DNA of 64,000 bases from positions 30,333 to 94,332 of the forward strand of contig DATKUA010000037.1 in NCBI GenBank assembly GCA_035530855.1, read 5' to 3'. The notes under the pieces were generated by a model. That model did no database searches, was not told where the DNA came from, and saw only the letters and a list, made by a program, of their open reading frames with translations. The stretch's first letter is position 1. Every line of letters starts with the position of its first letter. Positions 8,710 to 17,650 of this stretch are shown here, piece by piece. This DNA is from Acidobacteriota bacterium. GTDB lineage: Bacteria > Acidobacteriota > DATKUA01. The position numbers were made by a program, and so were the translations under genes.

Positions 8710-10392
8710 TCAATTACCTTGCGGATAATTTCTTGCTTGACTGAGCAGTTCTCTGGCATGCCTGCGTGTCACGTCGGTGATTTCCTCACCGCCAAGCATT
8801 CTGGCCAGCTCCTCAATTTGATCTTTACCCGAAAGAGGTTTCAAATCGACCAGTGTCCTTCCCTCTAACGCCTGCTTTATGACAGTCGAGTGATGTTGCG
8901 AATAGACTGCGATCTGAGGAAGATGGGTGATACAGATCACCTGCTGCGCGGCCGACAGCCGTTTCAGCTTGCGGCCGATAAACTCTGCAACACGGCCGCC
9001 GATGCCGGCGTCCACCTCATCGAAGATCGCCGTAAAGTGGCTTCGAGGCTCCACCGCGCATGATTTTATCGCCAGCATCAGGCGTGACATCTCGCCGCCA
9101 GAGGCTATCTTGGCAAGCGGTTTGAGCGCTTCGCCGGGATTGGGAGAGATGAGAAATGAAACCCTGTCCACACCGCTGCGAGTACGGCCTCGGGGATGCG
9201 GTTCCAGCGAAACGCTGAATACGGCCTTCTCCAAAGCCAGCTCCGACAAATGTTTCATTACCGCTTTTTCAAATTTCGTAACGGCTTTCTCCCGCGCGCT
9301 CCTCAGCGCCAGGGCTTCTCGCTGATATATTTGTAGCAGGTCTTCCAGATCCTTCCTCAGACTCTCCGCGCGTTCGTCGGCACCTCTCAGACCCTCCAGG
9401 CGGGACTTGGCTTGCTCGAGGTACCGCAGGACCTCTTCCGTCGTGTCGCCGTACTTCTTCTGCAAAGTACGAATCGTGTCCAGCCGCGACTCTATCTGCT
9501 CCAGGCGAGCAGGATCCGCCTCGATTCTCGAGAGGAAATCGCGCAGCGAATCGGCGGCGTCGTCCAGTTGATATCCAGCCGCCTCGATCTGGCCCTTCTT
9601 TTCGCGAAACGATTCGTCGAAGCGGGAAAGCTCGTCCACCAGCGAAACAACCTCAGCCAGTCTGCCCGTAATCGCATCCTCTCCGGCGTACAATGTTTGA
9701 AATGCGCGATCGCTCAGCTCTCTAAGCTTTTCTGCATTCCTAAGCAGATTGCGCTGCTGCAAGAGTTCTTTTTCTTCCTCCGGATCAAGCCTGGCCGATT
9801 CGATCTCCCTGATCTGGTGTTCGAGCAGATCGATCTCCCGCACGCGCTCTCGCTCGTTGGTGCTTACCGTGCTCAACTCCGCTTCCAATGCCTGAAGGCT
9901 GACGAAAATCTCCGAGACTTTATCGACCTGTTCCGAGCATCCGGCAAACGCATCAAGCAAAGCCAACTGTCCCTCAGCTCCGAGCAGCTCGTCACCCTCC
10001 CCCTGCCCGTGAATCGCCACCAGTAGAGCTCCGATTTCCCGGAGGGTCGAGACATTGACCTGGGTGTCGTTGATGTAAGCTTTGCTCACGCCGTCGGCGC
10101 GCAATCGCCGCCTCAAAATCAGCTCTCCACTGAACGTAAACCCTACATTATCAGCTATTTGCGAGATTTCAGAAGATTTTATGCCCGCAAATACCGCCTC
10201 CACTTTAGCTTCTTTGGCGCCCGTGCGGACAAGCTCTGACGATGCTCTGTAACCCAGAGCCAGGCCGAGGGAATCGATGATGATCGACTTGCCGGCCCCG
10301 GTTTCTCCCGTCAGCAGGTTCAGGCCCGGGCCGAACTCGACCTCGAGCTGATCGATAATCGCAACATTGGAAATATTGAGAGAATTCAGCAT
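8710..10392 (-). CDS. recN: DNA repair protein RecN
   Basis: 'LNISNVAIIDQLEVEFGPGLNLLTGETGAGKSIIIDSL' is the SMC-like Walker A. A long coiled-coil middle region and a C-terminal signature/Walker B region complete the protein. Confidence 0.9.
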   Translation of the reverse strand: MLNSLNISNVAIIDQLEVEFGPGLNLLTGETGAGKSIIIDSLGLALGYRASSELVRTGAKEAKVEAVFAGIKSSEISQIADNVGFTFSGELILRRRLRADGVSKAYINDTQVNVSTLREIGALLVAIHGQGEGDELLGAEGQLALLDAFAGCSEQVDKVSEIFVSLQALEAELSTVSTNERERVREIDLLEHQIREIESARLDPEEEKELLQQRNLLRNAEKLRELSDRAFQTLYAGEDAITGRLAEVVSLVDELSRFDESFREKKGQIEAAGYQLDDAADSLRDFLSRIEADPARLEQIESRLDTIRTLQKKYGDTTEEVLRYLEQAKSRLEGLRGADERAESLRKDLEDLLQIYQREALALRSAREKAVTKFEKAVMKHLSELALEKAVFSVSLEPHPRGRTRSGVDRVSFLISPNPGEALKPLAKIASGGEMSRLMLAIKSCAVEPRSHFTAIFDEVDAGIGGRVAEFIGRKLKRLSAAQQVICITHLPQIAVYSQHHSTVIKQALEGRTLVDLKPLSGKDQIEELARMLGGEEITDVTRRHARELLSQARNYPQGN

Positions 10393-10396
10393 TGTT

Positions 10397-11152
10397 TCAC
10401 AGCCCTGTCGGGAAATCGATAAATCCAGTCTCTACATTGAATTCATTCGCTATCAGATCCTGCAACGCCTTTACCCCAAGGGTCTCGGTAGCGTAATGTC
10501 CGGCAAAATAAAGATTTATCCCGCCTTCCTTCGCCACATGGAATGCGCTGTGGCTGTGCTCTCCGGTGATGAAGGCATCGCAGCGCTCATCAATCGCCTG
10601 AGGCAAGAGATCGGCGCCGCCTCCGGAAACGATGGCCACCTTCTCGACACGATCTTTACCGAAGGGGAGGAAAAGACATTTAGTTCCGATCGCGGAGTCT
10701 ATGCGTTCGCGTAATTCATCCCTCGTCAACTTGTCGGCTGCGTGCGCCAGCCTGCCGATGATCTCGCCATGGTATTCTCCGAACGGGCTCACATCTATCA
10801 GTCCCAAAAGCTCAGCAAGTTGGCTGTTGTTTCCGTATAACTCGTGAGAATCCAACGGCAGGTGGGCGGCATAGAGTCCGATGCCGGCGTCGAAGAGAAC
10901 CTTGAGGCGCTGGTAGTGAGCATCTACGGCAAGCTGGACATCCTTCCAGTAAAGACCGTGATGGACAATCAAGAGCTGCATGCCTTGCCGCGAAGCTTCC
11001 TCGAAGGTCTCGAGGGCGGCGTCGACCGCAAATCCGATCTTTTCGATCCTTTCAGGACACTGCACCTGCAATCCGTTTTGAGAGGCATCGGATATTTCAT
11101 CCAGCCTGAGAAGCTGGTTCAGATAGTCGACGAGCACTCTGCTTTCTACCAT
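10397..11152 (-). CDS. Nif3-family dinuclear metal-centre protein (YqfO/GTP cyclohydrolase 1 type 2 homolog)
   Basis: Nif3-family motifs are present: 'GLQVQCPERIEKIGFAVDAALETFEEASRQGMQLLIVHHGLYW' and 'GEHSHSAFHVAKEGGINLYFAGHYATE'. Confidence 0.8.
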   Translation of the reverse strand: MVESRVLVDYLNQLLRLDEISDASQNGLQVQCPERIEKIGFAVDAALETFEEASRQGMQLLIVHHGLYWKDVQLAVDAHYQRLKVLFDAGIGLYAAHLPLDSHELYGNNSQLAELLGLIDVSPFGEYHGEIIGRLAHAADKLTRDELRERIDSAIGTKCLFLPFGKDRVEKVAIVSGGGADLLPQAIDERCDAFITGEHSHSAFHVAKEGGINLYFAGHYATETLGVKALQDLIANEFNVETGFIDFPTGL

Positions 11153-11218
11153 CTCAACTCCGCTAAATCCTTGTGTGTCAACAGTAAATGTGAGATAATA
11201 GATTACTCATGCCGGTAA

Positions 11219-11956
11219 GTGAGCGTCAAGTGTTTTTCTAAAATGCGAATGACCGACAGGGCCGCGAAAAAAACCTACAGATCGGATTTCCTCTATATCA
11301 GCAACAGATTGTTGTTCGTCGCGGTTATCGCAGTTTTTTTCTTAATTATATCGATCTCATGCGCATCGGGGCGTAAATCAAGCTACCGCTCCGGAGGCGT
11401 CTATCACATTGTCAAGCCGGGCCAGAATCTTTACCGCATAGCGCTCACGTATGGTGTGCCCCTCAATCACGTCGCCAGAATCAATAGAATCAGCGATCCG
11501 AGCCAGATTGAATCGGGGCAGCGGATATTCATCCCCGGCGCAACCAAGACTCTCGAAGTTCCCATTATGGAAGCAGCCGTCCCTGCGTATGCCATGCTCC
11601 CTGCAGCGGGGACAATCACCAGCCTTTTCGGAGACCGTCGCTCCGGACACCACCACACAGGCATCGACATAGCGGCACCTAGAGGCTCTCCCGTGAAAGC
11701 AGTACTCCCGGGCAGGGTGATTTTCAGCGGCGTCATCAACGATTACGGGCGGACCGTCAAGATCAGCCATGAAAACGGCCTGATAACACTCTACGCCCAC
11801 ATTGGAAAAATACATGTTCGCAAAGGGCAGTTGGTGGATAAGGGCCAAACAATAGCCACCGTGGGTAACTCCGGCAGAACAAACGGCTATCACCTTCACT
11901 TCGAGGTCCGTCGCAGGAACGTCTGTATTGACCCGCTCACTCTACTGCGGCGATGA
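11219..11956 (+). CDS. LysM-domain M23 family metallopeptidase; lipoprotein-type signal peptide is possible
   Basis: The LysM domain is 'YHIVKPGQNLYRIALTYGVPLNHVARINRI'. The M23 motifs are 'HHHTGIDIAAPRGSPV' and 'GNSGRTNGYHLHFEV'. The exact start is uncertain. Confidence 0.85.
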   Translation: MSVKCFSKMRMTDRAAKKTYRSDFLYISNRLLFVAVIAVFFLIISISCASGRKSSYRSGGVYHIVKPGQNLYRIALTYGVPLNHVARINRISDPSQIESGQRIFIPGATKTLEVPIMEAAVPAYAMLPAAGTITSLFGDRRSGHHHTGIDIAAPRGSPVKAVLPGRVIFSGVINDYGRTVKISHENGLITLYAHIGKIHVRKGQLVDKGQTIATVGNSGRTNGYHLHFEVRRRNVCIDPLTLLRR

Positions 11957-11963
11957 TTCAGCT

Positions 11964-14600
11964 ATGGAGTTAATCACTTCCCACGGCAACGCCGACTTCG
12001 ATTCCTTTGCGGCCATGCTGGCCGCCGGCAAGCTTTATCCCGAGGCCAAGATGGTATTCTCGGGATCCAAGGAGACCGCGCTAACTGCATTTCTCGATAA
12101 CCCTTACTACGACTTTGACGAGATTCGGCTCAAAGACATAAATCCCGAGGAAGTCAGTCGCCTGATTCTAGTCGACGTCAGCCACAGTTCCAGGCTGGGC
12201 CCGATAGCTTACCTGCCTCATCGCAAGGGCGTGGAGGTAATCATCTACGATCATCACCCTGCGATGGAGAGCGACATAAAGGCCAGGAGGCGCTACGTCC
12301 GCCCCTACGGCGCCATCACCACCCTGTTCGTCCGCATCCTCCGCCGCCGCAAGATCCCCATCTCCAAGATGGAGGCGACGATTATGGCGATGGGGATCTA
12401 CGAGGACACCGGCTTTCTGACCTACCGCACGACTACTTCCGAGGATGTGCGCCAGGCAGCGTATCTCCTGGACAGTGGCGCCGACTTGTCGTTGATCTCC
12501 AACTTCCTCAAGCGCGAGCTGACCACTGAGCAGCTCTCGCTGCTCAACGAGCTGATCTCGAATGCCGACAAGCACTTCGTCAACGGAGTGCCTGTGGTGA
12601 TCTCGCAGGCCGAGCGGGAAAGCTTCATCAACGATGCCGCCGCAGTGATCCAGAAACAGGTCGACCTGCAGCGCTACCTGGTCTACATCGCGGTGATGCG
12701 CATGGGTGACAAGATTCATGTGATCGGCCGCAGCAGGCACCACCGGGTGGACATCGGCAAGGTGGTGACCGAATTGGGCGGCGGAGGCCACGCCACGGCG
12801 GCCTCAGCGGTGATCAGCGGTAAAACGCGGGTGCAGGTGATCGAACTGATACTCGACAAGATGCAAGAGCTGGTGGATCCCACGATTACCGCCGCGGACA
12901 TCATGAATCCGAATCCCCATGTCCTCGAGCCGGACACGCGCATTTCAGCGGCCAGAACCAGGATTGTCGACCTGAATATAAACTCCTTTCCGATAAAAGA
13001 AGGCGACACCGTAATTGGTTTGGTAACAAGGCAACTCCTCGATCGCGCCGCAGCGCACCGTCTCCGCGGAACGGTTCGGGAGGTGATGAACTCCGACCTT
13101 TCTTTGATTCGCCCCGAAGCGAGCGTTGAAGAGGTCGAAGAGCAGCTGATGGAAGGCACGCAGCGTTGCCTGCTTGTCGGCACAGATCCTTCGAACGTAG
13201 AGGGGATAATCACCAGGATGGATCTTTTCCGTCGGATCTACGTCGAGCGCCGCGATGCGAGGGAGCGCGACCATATAGAGCTCGTCAAACCGATGCGGGG
13301 CCATAACATCGACGAGATGCTGCGCAAGCGCCTCGATGCCAGGGTGATAACGGCATTGAAGCTCGCCTCGGTTGTAGCCGAATCACTGGACGAGAAGGTT
13401 TATCTGGTGGGCGGTATTGTCCGCGACCTGATCATGAACTACCCCAACAAGGATGTTGACCTGGTCGTCGAGGACGACGGCATAACCTTCGCTAAAAGCC
13501 TCGCCGAGAAATCGGGGGGGTACACAAGATCGCATGAACGTTTCGGAACCGCCGTAGTCATTTTCCCCGATGATTTCCGCCTTGATGTGGCAACTGCACG
13601 TAGCGAAAGCTACTCGTCACCGGGTGCCCTGCCACAGGTAAGCACCGGAAGCCTTCGAGCCGATCTTTATCGCAGGGATTTCACGATCAACGCACTGGCC
13701 GTCAGTCTTCTTCCCAAAGAATTCGGCAGGCTGATCGACTACTTCGGCGGTCTGCGAGACATACGCAATAAGAAAATCCGTGTGATGCACGGCCTGAGCT
13801 TTATCGACGATCCGACGAGAGCGCTGCGTGCCATCCGCTTCGCCAACCGTTTCGCTTTCGATATTACCGAGGGAACAAAGCAGCTTCTGATCGGCGCAAT
13901 GGAACGCCACATGCTGAAGCGGATTTCGGGGAAACGTCTCCACACCGAGTTCAGGTTAATATTCGAAGATCCGAGGCCCTTGCACGCCGTAGAGCTGTTG
14001 GAATACTACGGCGTCCTCCGCGAGATCCACCAAAAGATCAAACTCGACCGCTTCACAGCGAACTTGATACGGAAAATCGACGCGACACTAAGCTGGTTCC
14101 GTCTTGCTTATATCAGCGGGAACCCGAATCCGGTTCTGATGATCTATATGGCTCTGTTCGAGAAGCTTACTACGGCGGAGAGACGCCGGGTATGCAAGCG
14201 CCTACAGCTCAATCCGCAGATAACTGAAGTGCTTACAAGCTTCAAGCAGCACATGCGAAAGACTCTGGAGTTATTTCAGTCCCAGGATCATCCTCCCCCT
14301 TCCACCATCACCGATAACTTTGAAATCCTCCCGCTTGAAACAGTTCTTTTCATCCATTCATTTGCCAATCGCGAACCGGTCAGGCTCGCCGTCGTCAACT
14401 ATCTCACCAGTTACCATAAAGTCAGTCCCTCACTCCGCGGCGCCGATCTGATAAAGCTGGGGTGCGAGCCGGGTCCAAATTTCAGCGTGATTCTTCGCCG
14501 CTTGCGAAACGCACGCCTAGACGGCGATATCAGCAGTCGTGCCGATGAGATTAGCTTGGTAAAGAAGGAATTCCTCGATTCCGGTCCTCAGGAAAAATGA
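11964..14600 (+). CDS. Multidomain RNA-processing protein. It has an N-terminal DHH/DHHA1 phosphoesterase, a CBS-domain pair, and a C-terminal polyA-polymerase/CCA-adding nucleotidyltransferase head with its RNA-binding domain.
   Basis: The DHH motif is 'ITSHGNADFDSFAAM' and the DHHA1 motif is 'GGGGHATAASAV'. The nucleotidyltransferase signature is 'VYLVGGIVRDLIMNYPNKDVDLVVE...RDFTINALA'. I placed the start at the ATG 8 nt past the M23 peptidase stop. Confidence 0.8.
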   Translation: MELITSHGNADFDSFAAMLAAGKLYPEAKMVFSGSKETALTAFLDNPYYDFDEIRLKDINPEEVSRLILVDVSHSSRLGPIAYLPHRKGVEVIIYDHHPAMESDIKARRRYVRPYGAITTLFVRILRRRKIPISKMEATIMAMGIYEDTGFLTYRTTTSEDVRQAAYLLDSGADLSLISNFLKRELTTEQLSLLNELISNADKHFVNGVPVVISQAERESFINDAAAVIQKQVDLQRYLVYIAVMRMGDKIHVIGRSRHHRVDIGKVVTELGGGGHATAASAVISGKTRVQVIELILDKMQELVDPTITAADIMNPNPHVLEPDTRISAARTRIVDLNINSFPIKEGDTVIGLVTRQLLDRAAAHRLRGTVREVMNSDLSLIRPEASVEEVEEQLMEGTQRCLLVGTDPSNVEGIITRMDLFRRIYVERRDARERDHIELVKPMRGHNIDEMLRKRLDARVITALKLASVVAESLDEKVYLVGGIVRDLIMNYPNKDVDLVVEDDGITFAKSLAEKSGGYTRSHERFGTAVVIFPDDFRLDVATARSESYSSPGALPQVSTGSLRADLYRRDFTINALAVSLLPKEFGRLIDYFGGLRDIRNKKIRVMHGLSFIDDPTRALRAIRFANRFAFDITEGTKQLLIGAMERHMLKRISGKRLHTEFRLIFEDPRPLHAVELLEYYGVLREIHQKIKLDRFTANLIRKIDATLSWFRLAYISGNPNPVLMIYMALFEKLTTAERRRVCKRLQLNPQITEVLTSFKQHMRKTLELFQSQDHPPPSTITDNFEILPLETVLFIHSFANREPVRLAVVNYLTSYHKVSPSLRGADLIKLGCEPGPNFSVILRRLRNARLDGDISSRADEISLVKKEFLDSGPQEK

Positions 14601-14836
14601 CGACAATCCTGAAGGCCTCTATCGACGATTGCGACGACGAGTCAGGGCTTTATAACACTTTCCGATTCTCCGTGTTGCGAGTTCATCAAGATCCCATTAA
14701 GCGATTTGAATATCATCCTTCCCAAGGGGAACTGGCGTCTCAAGTTATAATTCACAGTCGTAAACATCGCCGCGTTTGCACACCACTACTCAACGCTATT
14801 TCGCGGGTAGGAATTGACCGCTGCACCGAGAAATGA
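14597..14836 (+). CDS. Hypothetical small protein (79 aa). It lies in a lower-GC segment and its reality is uncertain.
   Basis: Its ATG overlaps the upstream stop as ATGA. I recognise no motifs. The composition differs from neighbouring genes. Confidence 0.2.
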   Translation: MTTILKASIDDCDDESGLYNTFRFSVLRVHQDPIKRFEYHPSQGELASQVIIHSRKHRRVCTPLLNAISRVGIDRCTEK

Positions 14837-14987
14837 TTCATCAAGTTAGCCCCTGAGGCCTATTAATAAACGGTGATGACGTTCTCATGCCTCAGGCCTG
14901 GATACAAGATTTGCCCATCCTGCAAGTCCAAATTGTGTCATCCTCTTAACATATTCATTAATAACAAGTTAACTTGCTCAACGCCTC

Positions 14988-15016
14988 TTGTATCCTGATG
15001 CCCTGTGTGTTATATT
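14988..15016 (+). promoter_or_regulatory. Candidate sigma70-like promoter (TTGTAT, 17-nt spacer, TATATT) upstream of the DUF465 gene. A GGAGG ribosome-binding site lies at 15051-15055.
   Basis: The hexamers were read directly in the AT-rich intergenic region between 14837 and 15066. Confidence 0.35.
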
Positions 15017-15066
15017 TTCATTAAAGGTGTGTTTATACTCAAAACCCTGAAGGAGGTTCGGTATCA

Positions 15067-15291
15067 ATGACTAGCGCCGAAATCAAGGAAATCTTGTTGG
15101 AAAAGGACGCGAAGTTTAAGAAGCTTTACGAGAAACATCAGGGCTATGAAAGGCGCTTGGATCAACTTAATAAACGACCTTTTCTCTCCGCCGCGGAGGA
15201 TCGGGAAAAGATGGAAATCAAGAAGCAGAAACTGTTCCTCAAGGACCAGATGCAGTTTCACATTGAGAAGTATCGCAAAGACAACTCTTAA
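15067..15291 (+). CDS. DUF465 (YdcH-like) small coiled-coil protein
   Basis: The 74-aa protein 'EIKEILLEKDAKFKKLYEKHQGYERRLDQL...REKMEIKKQKLFLKDQM' matches the DUF465 pattern. Confidence 0.65.
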   Translation: MTSAEIKEILLEKDAKFKKLYEKHQGYERRLDQLNKRPFLSAAEDREKMEIKKQKLFLKDQMQFHIEKYRKDNS

Positions 15292-15331
15292 AGCATCGCT
15301 TTAACATAAGCCTGTAACCTGACGGGAGCTG

Positions 15332-16372
15332 GTGCTCCCGTTTTTGATGGTAAACGTCATGTCCAAAGAGGGTATTATCATTTCGGTGATCGGCTCCACT
15401 TCCCTCAAAGGAAAAGTTCTTCTCGATGAGCTTCCCGCAAGCGGTATCGAGTTAAAGGACATCAAACTTCTCGACGAAGAAAATCTGGTAGGTACTTTAT
15501 TAAAGTATGACGGCGGAGCTGAAATCGCCACTCGTACTACTTCTGAATCTCTGCAGGGAAGCGATCTGATTTTTCTCTGCGGTTCGGTGTCTCACTCTTC
15601 CGAGTGTCTGGAAATCATCGGCGATTCCCGTGTCCCGGTGATCGATCTGAGCGGATGCTCAGCCAGCGATGAAGGGACCGCGATGGCGACGGCGGACTTG
15701 CCGCTCGGCAGGCAACCGGGATGCAAAGTGGCCTTGCCGGAGTCCCTCGCCGTCGGCCTGGCGACCATTCTCAATGCCTGCCTGGGCGCCGGCGAAATCG
15801 AGCTGGCTTCGGCGACCTGTCTGGTCTCCGTTTCGGATATCGGGAAGAAAGGATCTGAATCGCTCCATTCCCAACTTGTGGAGTTGATGAATTTCGGCAA
15901 TGTCCCGCTGGATATTCTCGGCCGCCAACTAATATTTAACATTCACCCCTCCTTTGGAGAACCCGGCGCACAAGGTCGATCGACTTTCGAGGAGAAGATC
16001 GAGTCACAGGTGCGCCACCTTCTGCCGCAGAAGGATCTGCCTTTGGTGCTGAGCATTGCCAGGGTTCCTCTTTTCTTCGGGACGGCAGTATCTTTGTTCA
16101 TCAAGTTTAAGGGAGCTCTTTCAGAAAGCAGTTTGCGAGATGTATTGGGCTCAAACGCGATGATCGAGCTCTCCGATGCTGATTTGGAAGCTAACGAAAT
16201 ACCCAGCCCGCTCGATGCCAGCGACAAGCGCGTTTATCAAGTCGGCCGACTGATGGCCATGGGCGGTAAACCTTCAGCATTCCTCTTGTGGTTCGGTTTC
16301 GATAATATTCTTAGAGGCGCCGTGCTCGAGGCGATCGAACTGGCAAAGGAAATGCTTACCGCGACCAACTAG
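15332..16372 (+). CDS. Aspartate-semialdehyde dehydrogenase (Asd)-like protein, predicted to be catalytically inactive
   Basis: The Asd fold is recognisable: the C-terminal 'DNILRGAVLEAIELAK' matches the Asd C-terminus 'DNLLKGAAWNSVQIAE'. The NAD loop 'GATGAVG' is degenerate here as 'GSTSLKG'. The active-site 'NPNCST' block reads 'LPESLA' with no Cys, and the catalytic His block 'GHSES' reads 'GTAVS'. Confidence 0.6.
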   Translation: MLPFLMVNVMSKEGIIISVIGSTSLKGKVLLDELPASGIELKDIKLLDEENLVGTLLKYDGGAEIATRTTSESLQGSDLIFLCGSVSHSSECLEIIGDSRVPVIDLSGCSASDEGTAMATADLPLGRQPGCKVALPESLAVGLATILNACLGAGEIELASATCLVSVSDIGKKGSESLHSQLVELMNFGNVPLDILGRQLIFNIHPSFGEPGAQGRSTFEEKIESQVRHLLPQKDLPLVLSIARVPLFFGTAVSLFIKFKGALSESSLRDVLGSNAMIELSDADLEANEIPSPLDASDKRVYQVGRLMAMGGKPSAFLLWFGFDNILRGAVLEAIELAKEMLTATN

Positions 16373-17622
16373 TCGATTTCCTCCAGGCCGGATCCGCCAC
16401 GCGGCCGATAAAGAATATATGTGATTGTCTCTTCGCCGATCTTGCGGCTCACGACATCCTCGGAAATCTTCTTCTTCTCCGCAACAGGACTTTTCTTAGG
16501 CTGCCGCATGGTACGCTCTGCCGCTTTTGCTGGAGCCGGGCCGGCCTGATCAACCGCCAGTCTTTCGATCTCACTGGAAATGTCGGAAAGCGATGAAACC
16601 ACACCGCTCTTGTACAGCCTTATCCACGCCGCCAGCAGATCATCCTTGATCCGGTATTCCTTCTCTCTCGACTCTAAAATACCGACTGCAAGCAACCACT
16701 TGATGTAGTCCTTTGTCACGCCGAGACTGCGGTCCAACGCTTCTGCGACCGCTGTCAAGTTGATGCGGCTGGAATGCTGTTGCAGCGATGCCACGGCGGC
16801 AAGAAGTTGCCTGACTATCCCCTGCCCGCGCGATCGCTGGACAAGGTACTCATAGTGATATCTGCAAAGCAGTTCGAGTCTACCGCCGGGAGATAATTCC
16901 TCGACCGCTGCCTGCACCGGCCCCTTGTTTCCACGCGTTTCTAGATTCTTGATCAAGGCGACGATATAAGCCGGTGATCCGCAACATAAACGAGCCACAA
17001 TTCTTAGCTGATCAGCATCCAAGTCAAGATTGAAGCCGTCAGCAATTTCTTCAATAACCGTCTTGACGGCAGCGGGAATTGGAAAATGATCAACCGTTAT
17101 TCCCACCGAAGTCGCCGCCTCGAGGACTCGCGCAGGAAAGGCAGAACTCATCAAGACGTTTGAATCCGGGTAAAGTTCGAAGAAGCGTTTCAGAGTGTCT
17201 CCCTGCCCGGGATAGCTTTTGAGAACGGCTATTTCCGCCACCTCGTCGACGATCACCAGCGGAGCACGTCCGCTCGTTCTCGCCGCCGACTTGATCATCC
17301 CGAATAGCGTTTCAATTGCGTTGACGCTTGAATAATCCGTTCTTAAACCGGATGACTTCACACCGATTTGTTCCAGTGCATCAGCCGTGATATCCCGGCA
17401 TTTTTCGACGAAGAATTCCGGTGAGAAGCAGATTTGATCGAAGGGTAAGAATAAATTCAGGCATTCTTTCCGCTTTGCGATGTAACTGTTCAGAAATCTG
17501 AGCGAGTGTGTCTTTCCCCAACCGGGTCCACCGGACAGGAGGATCTGTGAGGCGCCTCTTCCCGCGGTACATATCTGTTCCCCAATTGCGCTGAGGAACT
17601 CTTTCCTCGATTCCATTGGCAA
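16369..17622 (-). CDS. P-loop NTPase (AAA/archaeal-ATPase-like) with a C-terminal winged-helix-like region and a basic tail
   Basis: Walker A is 'LLSGGPGWGKTHSL' and Walker B is 'LVIVDEVAEI'. The C-terminal 'LTAVAEALDRSLGVTKDYIKWLLAVGILE' looks like a winged HTH. The gene starts 29 nt after the hutU stop on the same strand. Confidence 0.6.
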   Translation of the reverse strand: MPMESRKEFLSAIGEQICTAGRGASQILLSGGPGWGKTHSLRFLNSYIAKRKECLNLFLPFDQICFSPEFFVEKCRDITADALEQIGVKSSGLRTDYSSVNAIETLFGMIKSAARTSGRAPLVIVDEVAEIAVLKSYPGQGDTLKRFFELYPDSNVLMSSAFPARVLEAATSVGITVDHFPIPAAVKTVIEEIADGFNLDLDADQLRIVARLCCGSPAYIVALIKNLETRGNKGPVQAAVEELSPGGRLELLCRYHYEYLVQRSRGQGIVRQLLAAVASLQQHSSRINLTAVAEALDRSLGVTKDYIKWLLAVGILESREKEYRIKDDLLAAWIRLYKSGVVSSLSDISSEIERLAVDQAGPAPAKAAERTMRQPKKSPVAEKKKISEDVVSRKIGEETITYILYRPRGGSGLEEID

Positions 17623-17650
17623 CGAGTTCTCGAGCGAAATGATCCGCCTC

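Noticed and set aside
12168-13304. Several 100-200-aa minus-strand ORFs within the DHH-CBS-nucleotidyltransferase gene
   Set aside because: They are antisense frames in a GC-rich CDS whose sense strand has strong domain evidence.
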